A stretch of DNA of 64,000 nt from NCBI RefSeq assembly GCF_009914755.1, contig NC_060936.1; one strand, written 5' to 3'. The position numbers and the translations under genes were made by a program. Shown here piece after piece: positions 48,979-64,000 of the stretch (positions within the stretch are counted from its first letter, which is position 1; every line of letters starts with the position of its first letter). The stretch comes from the human T2T-CHM13v2.0 reference genome, Homo sapiens. The notes beneath the pieces are model-generated. The model was not told the origin of the DNA. It searched no databases and was given only the letters and a program-made list of their open reading frames with translations.

Positions 48979-50000
48979 TGAAGGGGGCCTGCCCCTCCAC
49001 ACCTGTGGGTATTTCTCGCAAGGTGGAGACAAGAGACTGAGAAAAGAAATAAGACACAGAGAAAGTATAGAGGAATAAAAGTGGGCCCAGGGGACCGGCG
49101 CTCAGCAAGTGAGGACCTGCACCGGTGCTGGTCTCTGAGTTCCCTCAGTATTTATTGATCACTATCTTTACTATCTCCGCGAGGGGAATGTGGTGGGGCT
49201 ATAGGGTGAAGGTGAGGAGAGGGTCAGCAGAAAAACACGTGAGCAAAGACTCTGTGTCATAAATAAGTTTAAGGAAAGGTGCTGTGCCTGGATGTGCTAG
49301 ATTTATGTTTAACTTTACACAAACATCTCAGTGTAGTAAAGAGTAACAGAGCAGTATTGCCGCCATGATGTCTCGCCTCCAGACATAAGGCAGTTTTCTC
49401 CTCTCTCAAAATAGAATGTATGATCGGTTTTACACCGGGTCATTCCATTCCCAGGGACGAGCAGGAGACAGATGCCTTCCTCTTATCTCAACCGAATAGA
49501 GGCCTTCCTCCTTCACTAATCCTCCTCAGCACAGACCCTTTACGGGTGTCGGGCTGGGGGGCTGTAAGGTCTTTCCCTTCCCATGAGGCCATATCTCAGG
49601 CTGTCTCAGTGGGGGGAAACCTGGACAATACCTAGGCTTTCTCGGGCAGGGGTTCCTGCGGCCTTCCACAGTGCATTGTGTCTCTGGTTAATAGAGAACG
49701 GAGAATGGTGATGACTTTCACCAAGCACACTGCCTGCAAGAACTTTTCTTTTTTTTTTTTTTTGAGACAGAGTCTTGCTCTGTCGCCCAGGCTGTGCATC
49801 TTGCGCAGCCCTAGATCCATTAAACCTTGATTCAATACAGGACATGTTTTTGTGAGCACAGGGTTGGGACAAAAGTTACAGATTAACAGCATCTCAAAGC
49901 AGAACAATTTTTCTTAGTACAGATCAAAATGGAGTTTCTTATGTCTTCCTTTTTCTACATAGACACAGTAACAATCTGATCTCTCTTTCTTTTCCCCATA
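48979..50000 (-). mobile_element. Solo HERV-K(HML-2) LTR (LTR5 family, probably LTR5B), antisense to CD4
   Basis: Minus strand starts TATGGGGAAAAGAAAGAGAGATCAGATTGTTACTG and ends ...CCCCTTCA; 6-bp TSD CCTCTC at 48973-78 and 50001-06; LTR AATAAA at 49156-49151. Confidence 0.9.
49749..49793 (-). mobile_element. Alu remnant: poly-A plus the last ~30 nt only (Alu-deletion allele)
   Basis: T15 + GAGACAGAGTCTTGCTCTGTCGCCCAGGCT joined directly to LTR5 sequence. Confidence 0.85.
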
Positions 50001-50440
50001 CCTCTCACGCTGTATCAGGCCCCAATTCTTGGGAACGTCACCTTAGAACTGTCCCACACATTTCTACAGCCACTTGGCTCAGGCCCTTTGCTGACCAGGA
50101 TGGTTGCAGTTCTGCCTTTGGTGCCTCGCCTCCTCCAGTTCTTTCACTCAGCAGCTGCAGGGGTCCACGTGGCAAATCTAATAATCTTCTTCTCTATAGA
50201 AAATCCTCTGCTGGCTCTCTAGTGCCCAGGATCCAGTCCCAGCATCTCAGCACGGCCTTCAAGCATTTCCACGTCCTGGCCTGGCTCCATGGTCTCCCCG
50301 CCAATTTGCCACCTTCTCCATGCATCCTTTTCTGATCCCCTCCTCACTCATCCCAGCAAAGAACCCCCTCCTGGCCTGAGCATAGCATTTCGTGGTGTGT
50401 ATCTCAGAGCATCCAGTTAGGGGTGTGCAAGTTTACTTTG

Positions 50441-51140
50441 TTACTGGCTGATGTTGTGAAGTCCCAAGTTGTTGGTGCCGCAAACAAAAAATTGGACATG
50501 ACACACACAAATAGCAAAGCAGCAAAAGTTTATTAAGCACAGTACGATCCACTATGGATCAAGGATGACCTGCGAATGGTATCAGCATCACTTTGCTATA
50601 TTTCATGGCCTTTTCTATGTGTTTTTTTTCTCTTTTTCCTCAAGCTGCCTAAGCTTTAGCCAGCATGTGCCTTTTGATTGACAGGTGGGTTGCTTAGTTT
50701 CTTGGCCTCTGTGTGTTTACGTGTCATTTCCTTCCCATAGTTTTAAGTACATGCATGATATGCACTCTGTAGGCATGAACCTTAAGTAGCTAATTACTAT
50801 ACGGGGTCATTTTGAGGATATCTTTTCTCTGTAGTACATGTGCATCTTTTTTTGCAGTGGTGCAATCTTGGCTCACTGCAACCTCCTCCTCCCTGGTTCA
50901 AGTGATTCTCCTGCCTCAGCTTCCTAAGCACCTGAGACTACAGGTACATGCCACCACGCCCGGCTAATTTTTGTATTTTTAGTAGAGATGGGGTTTCACC
51001 ATGTTGGCCAGGCTGATCTCGAACTCCTGACCGCAAGTGATCCACCCACCTCGGCCTCCCAAAGCACTGGGATTACAGGCATGAGCCACTGCACCCAGCC
51101 TAGTATATGCCCATCTCTTAGGAGCTGCTCCTAACTGGTT
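50441..51140 (-). mobile_element. ERV1-like LTR fragment (family not resolved) containing an Alu at about 50853-51100
   Basis: LTR-like aaagtttattaagcacagtac segment; Alu flanked by an imperfect TSD tagta(c/t)atg(tg/cc)catct. Confidence 0.4.
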
Positions 51141-51458
51141 TGGTTTGGATCTAGCCAGCCATGGGGCTCCTTATTCACTTATTTATCTTCTGTTTTTGCT
51201 CACCTGCCTCTTTCTCTTGCTTCTGCTCCTACTCATTCCTTCCTTAATCCAACCTCCAATTCCCTCTGCTATTCTCCTGCCTCAAGTTCACTAGGCTGGC
51301 TGCAAGGGTCCTGAGGGAGAGGTTGTGTATCGCCCCTGTATACTCCAGGTCCAGTAAATGTTTGCTGACTAATGATTGGCATTTCCCTCAGGCCCTGCCA
51401 TTTCTGTGGGCTCAGGTCCCTACTGGCTCAGGCCCCTGCCTCCCTCGGCAAGGCCACA

Positions 51459-51507
51459 ATGAACCGGGGAGTCCCTTTTAGGCACTTGCTTCTGGTGCTG
51501 CAACTGG
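51459..51507 (+). CDS. CD4: CD4 exon 2 coding part (MNRGVPFRHLLLVLQL/A); exon spans 51392-51507
   Basis: cag acceptor 51389-91, acaATG at 51459, donor G|gtaagt. Confidence 0.97.
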
Positions 51508-51576
51508 GTAAGTTCTCAGACCTGGGGTCTCAATCAGATGGCGTGGGAGGAAAGGCAAAGGTGGAGGATGGGGTAG

Positions 51577-51837
<261 letters not shown>

Positions 51838-52019
51838 TGAAAGCCTTTGGTGTCTGAGATCTGGTCTTAGTTAAACTCTGGGATCCCAGAGGGCTTGGGT
51901 TGACAGAAACTCAGTGGCATTCTTATCCAGAGTTTCTCTACACCAACTGCTGGTGGCCCAGGGAAAGGTGGTATGTGAATTTCAATATTTTAATATTTAA
52001 TATTCATGAACTTATTTTA

Positions 52020-52519
<500 letters not shown>

Positions 52520-52566
52520 TAGCCAAAAAAAATTTTTTTAATTAAAAAAAAAAAGGCCGGCTGTAG

Positions 52567-53085
<519 letters not shown>

Positions 53086-53163
53086 TAGCCAGGCTGGTCT
53101 TGATCTCCTGACCTCGTGATTTACCCTCCTTGGCCTCCCAAAGTGCTGGGATTACAGGCGTGA

Positions 53164-53412
<249 letters not shown>

Positions 53413-53985
53413 TGAACTCCTGACCTCAAGTGATTCTCCCACCTTAGCCTCCCAAAGTGCTGGGATTACAGGCATGAGCTACTGCACTTGGCCTTTTCTC
53501 CTGGTTTTAAAACTATTATATGCTCATTACAAAATATTTGGTCAATGAAGAAAAGAATATGGAAGAAAATCAAATGCATGCATACTTCTACCACTCAGAG
53601 ATATCCTCTGCTAACATTTTGATTGATTTTCTTCCAATCTTTTTTTTTTTTTTTCTTTTTGAGACAGGGTCTCACTCTGCTGCCCAGGCTGGAGTACAGT
53701 GGCATGACCACAACACATCACAGCCTCAAGTGATCTTCCCACTTCAGCCTTCCCAGTAGCTGGGACTACAGGTGCACGCCACCATGTTCACCTAATTTTT
53801 TACTTTTTGTAGAGATGAGACTTCACCATGTTGCTCAGGCTGGTCTTGAATTCCTAGGCTTAAGTGATCTTCCCGCTTTGGCCTCCCAAAGTGCTGGGAT
53901 TATAGGTATGAGCCACTGCATGTGGCCTATTTTCTTCCACTGTTGTTCGGCGTGGAGAATATTATATACATAATTACGTAAATGA

Positions 53986-54365
<380 letters not shown>

Positions 54366-54465
54366 TAAAGTAATCTGGCAATGTTTAACGAATACAAAAC
54401 TCTAAAACCCTTGGACCTAATAATAGCTATTTTGGAAAGTCTACTTGACAGAAATAAAATTGTGA

Positions 54466-54594
<129 letters not shown>

Positions 54595-54655
54595 TGAGCA
54601 GCTGGGATTACAGGTGTGCACCACCATGTCTGGCTAATTTTTGCATTTTTAGTAG

Positions 54656-54763
<108 letters not shown>

Positions 54764-54885
54764 TGACCAGTGAACACTTAATAATATCTATGGAAAGGTG
54801 TTATTATAAGAATTGCTTGTGGGGCCGGGCGTGGTGGCTCACGCCTGTAATCCCAGCACTTTGGGAGGCTGTGGCAGGCGGATCA

Positions 54886-55209
<324 letters not shown>

Positions 55210-55243
55210 TCATGAGGTCATGAGATCAAGACCATCCTGGCTA

Positions 55244-59080
<3,837 letters not shown>

Positions 59081-59089
59081 TTAATGCTA

Positions 59090-59442
<353 letters not shown>

Positions 59443-59521
59443 CTAAAAAGTGAAGATTGGCCAGGCGCAGTGGCTCACGCCTGTAATCCCAGCACTTTGG
59501 GAGGCCAAGGCGGGTGGATCA

Positions 59522-59875
<354 letters not shown>

Positions 59876-61009
59876 TTATCTTAAGACAACTTAGAAATGT
59901 ATATTATTAGTATTTTCTATTTCATTGTAAGTTATTTGTAAATATTGGTTTTGGTGCTAACCTAGAATTCCATCAAATTAATTGTCCCCTAATATATGGC
60001 CATTATCATTTTGTCTAACATTGTATCCTATTAACAATGCTGTAAGTATTATTTTTGTAGCTAAATTATGGTTTGCATTTTAAAATTATTGTTTTAAGGA
60101 TAAAGTTCCAGAAATGAAATTAAGGATATGAACTTTTTGAGCACATCTTGTCAGCACTGAGTAGTATTATTTAAAACTTTTGGGGGGGGCAATTTTATAA
60201 TTGAAAAATATATCATTGTTTTAATTTGCATTTCTTTCACTGCCTATGAGATTAAAACAATGCACTACTTTCCAAAAATTCTTAAGTCTTTTGTGTTGAT
60301 GCTTTTGTTCTGTTTCTATGGATCTCATCTTCCTTCAGAACAGCTCCCCTTCCCAACTTCCTGATTTCTAACAATAACAGTATCACCCTCCTTGTTCTCC
60401 CAATTTCTGAAACACAGAGTCATGTTTTTTTCTCTGCTTCAATCCCTGGTTTCCTATCGTCATCAATTATGACCTTTCCTTGCTTTGAAAGTGTTTTGGG
60501 CCGGGCATGATGTCTGCCACCTATTGTAATCCTAGCACTTTGGGAGGCTGAGGCGGCTGGATGACTTGACCTGAGGATTTCGAGACCAGCCTGGGCAACA
60601 GGGCGAAACCTCGTCTCTACAAAAAATACAAAAGTTAGTCGGGAGTGGTGGCACATGCTTGTAGTCCCAGTTACTTGGGGGGCTGAGGTGGCAGGATCTC
60701 TTGAGCCCACGAGGTAGATGTTGCAGTGAGCCGTGATTGCGCCACTGCACCCCAGCCTAGGTGACAGAGTGAGACCCTGTCTCAAAAAAAAAAAAATGTT
60801 CTAGTTTCTTCCTCTTCTTTGTTCCCATGGGAATGCCACCATCACCAGCCAAGGCTCACATACCTCCCACCTGGATTACAGTGAGCTTCCAGGTAATTTG
60901 GTCTGCTACTAGTCTCGCCTACTTGGATTTCCCTTCCCCCTGCTGCAGCATTGCCTTCCAAAGCCATGCTTTGCACATGCCACATCCTAGCCCATTAGAC
61001 TAAGCCTAG

Positions 61010-61553
<544 letters not shown>

Positions 61554-62715
61554 TAGACCTTTCATATTATCTTGCCATAGCTTTTTCAAAGTATGGGACA
61601 GCATGGACAAGCAGGCCATGGTTTTCTTTTGAAGAGAAGCAAGGAGGCAGAGTTATTTTAGGAGGAGGGTTATACATTTCATTTTGAACCAATTGCGTTT
61701 GGGGTGATGGCAGGATATTAACATAAACTTATTTCTTGGACCATTGGAAATGTGTGCCTAGAACTGAGGAGAGAGGTCAGGGCTGGCAGTAACAACTTGG
61801 CCACAATCTGCAGAGCTGACTGGGGATGAGGTGGAATTTAGAATGTCTGTAGAAACGGGGAAGAGAACCAAAGACAGAGTCTGGGACAACACCTAAATGT
61901 AGATGTCAGAGCAAGAGTTCAAGACGAAGAAAAACGAATCATACTTAGAAATGGAGGGGAGGAACAAAAGAGGCGGAGCAAAGTGGGGCAGAACCAGAGT
62001 AGGCCACGCTTTTAAGAAGTTTGGTAAAGGAACTGTGAAAGGAATGTAGTTGAATTTCAGGGTAAGCTGGGGAATTAAAGCAGTGTGTAGATCCAGGGCA
62101 AACAGCAAGTAGGGCAGGAACCACTGAAGGAACAAATAAAGGGGGAGGTTGGGTCCAGGTTGTCTTGAGTAGGGAAGTTTTTTTAAAAAGTGTGAAACTG
62201 AAGGTGTGGGGTGGATTGGGTGCCTGCCGTGCTCTGAGGAAGCTTGGGGCAACTGTGTGCTGAGGCTGTGAGGTTGTCTGGAAGGGGCTCCTGGACAGTA
62301 AGAGCTGAGCAGTGGGGAAGAGGACTGTGTGGTCTGGAAGAGGAGAGAAAGGAGAGTGAGTGACTGAACTGGTATCCAGGCTCCCACACCAAGGCAGAAA
62401 GAGGGAGAGGACCTGGGCATCTCAGGGAGGCAGAGGCAGTACCAAGCAGGGTGAGAGGCTTTAGTCTTAGCCACCTTTGCCCCATTCCTCCAAATATACA
62501 TTCTAAGTAAAAACAAAACAAAACAGAACTGTTTGCTATGTAAATTTAGCTTCTAAAGCCCTGTTCTACAGAGATTTTGGAGCTTCCACTGCACCCAGAA
62601 AATGCACAGCTAAAGAGAAAACTTCCCTTGGTGATGGTTATTAGATTTTACAAGAAGAGGCCAAAGGAGACACATACTTATGCCAGAAGAACTTTCCAGA
62701 GATAGCATTGCATAG

Positions 62716-63019
<304 letters not shown>

Positions 63020-63123
63020 TGAACTCCTGACCTCAAGTGATCCACCGCCTTGGCCTCCCAAAGTGCTGGGATTTCAGGCGTGAGCCACCGCACCCGGCCA
63101 AAAATTTCTTTTCTTTAAGATGA

Positions 63124-63333
<210 letters not shown>

Positions 63334-63804
63334 TGACGGGCTGCATTTTAATCCTAGCTCCACCACTTACGGGAGTCAAAATTCAAAAGATAGAAAAGGG
63401 CATATAGGCTGGGTGCAGTGGCTCACACCTGCAATCCCAGCAATTTGGGAGGCTGAGGTGGGCGGGTTGCTTGAGGTCAGGAGTTCGAGATCAGCCTGGG
63501 CAACATGGCAAAACTTGTATCTACTAAAAATACAAAAATTAGCCAGATGTGGTGGTGTACACCTGTAATCCCAGCTACTCCGAAGGCTGAGGCAAGAGAA
63601 TCCCTTGAACTCAGGAGGCAGAGGTTACAATGAGCAGAGATCGAACACTCGACTCCATAAAAACAAACAAACAAAAAAAGAAAGCAGGCTGGGTGTGGTG
63701 GCTCACGCCTGTAACCCCAGCACTTCGGGAGGCCAAGGCGAGCGGATCACCTGAGGTTGGGCATTCGAGACCAGCCTGACCAACAAGGAGAAACCCTGTC
63801 TCTA

Positions 63805-63966
<162 letters not shown>

Positions 63967-64000
63967 TCAAAAAAAAAAAAGCAAAGGGCATATAGTGAAA

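Noticed and set aside
49764-51100. The Alu remnant at 49764 and the 3'-tip-less Alu at 50853 look like complementary halves of one element
   Set aside because: The second Alu has its own TSD and short poly-T, and the sequence between them includes the continuous half of the LTR5; coincidence is more likely.
51372-51458. In-frame ATG 29 codons upstream of the CD4 start
   Set aside because: It lies 20 nt upstream of the exon 2 acceptor, so it is removed with intron 1.

Overview
This is human genomic DNA from the chr12p13 CD4 locus. It is Alu-rich, and the CD4 D1 sequence reads [14 protein letters not shown]. Four known spliced genes can be rebuilt exon by exon with GT-AG boundaries and intact frames: MLF2 (minus strand, 248 aa, 3' UTR runs off the left edge), PTMS (plus, 102 aa), LAG3 (plus, 525 aa) and CD4 exons 1-3 (plus, the rest lies beyond the right edge). 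Regulatory elements I recognise are the MLF2 ETS-CRE promoter motif, a CTCF-like site, the PTMS CpG island/TATA, and the CD4 proximal enhancer, promoter and intronic RUNX silencer. Repeats include many Alus, a 7SL retrocopy, a solo HERV-K(HML-2) LTR5 with a 6-bp target-site duplication (TSD), and L1, L2, MIR, MLT1 and hAT fossils. I found no new gene system. The best second-look items are: (i) a haplotype with the 6-repeat CD4 TTTTC STR plus an almost completely deleted Alu 9.8 kb away, inside the LTR5; (ii) an ancient L2 fold-back palindrome split by an MLT1 fragment 3 kb upstream of CD4; (iii) three copies of one target site around a 7SL retrocopy and an Alu monomer; (iv) a splice-regenerated 5' splice site at MLF2 exon 8; (v) NMD-escaping alternative C-termini for PTMS and LAG3; (vi) a dense CArG/NF-Y/RFX cluster 2 kb upstream of PTMS. 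Repeat family names and boundaries come from remembered consensus sequences and are approximate.
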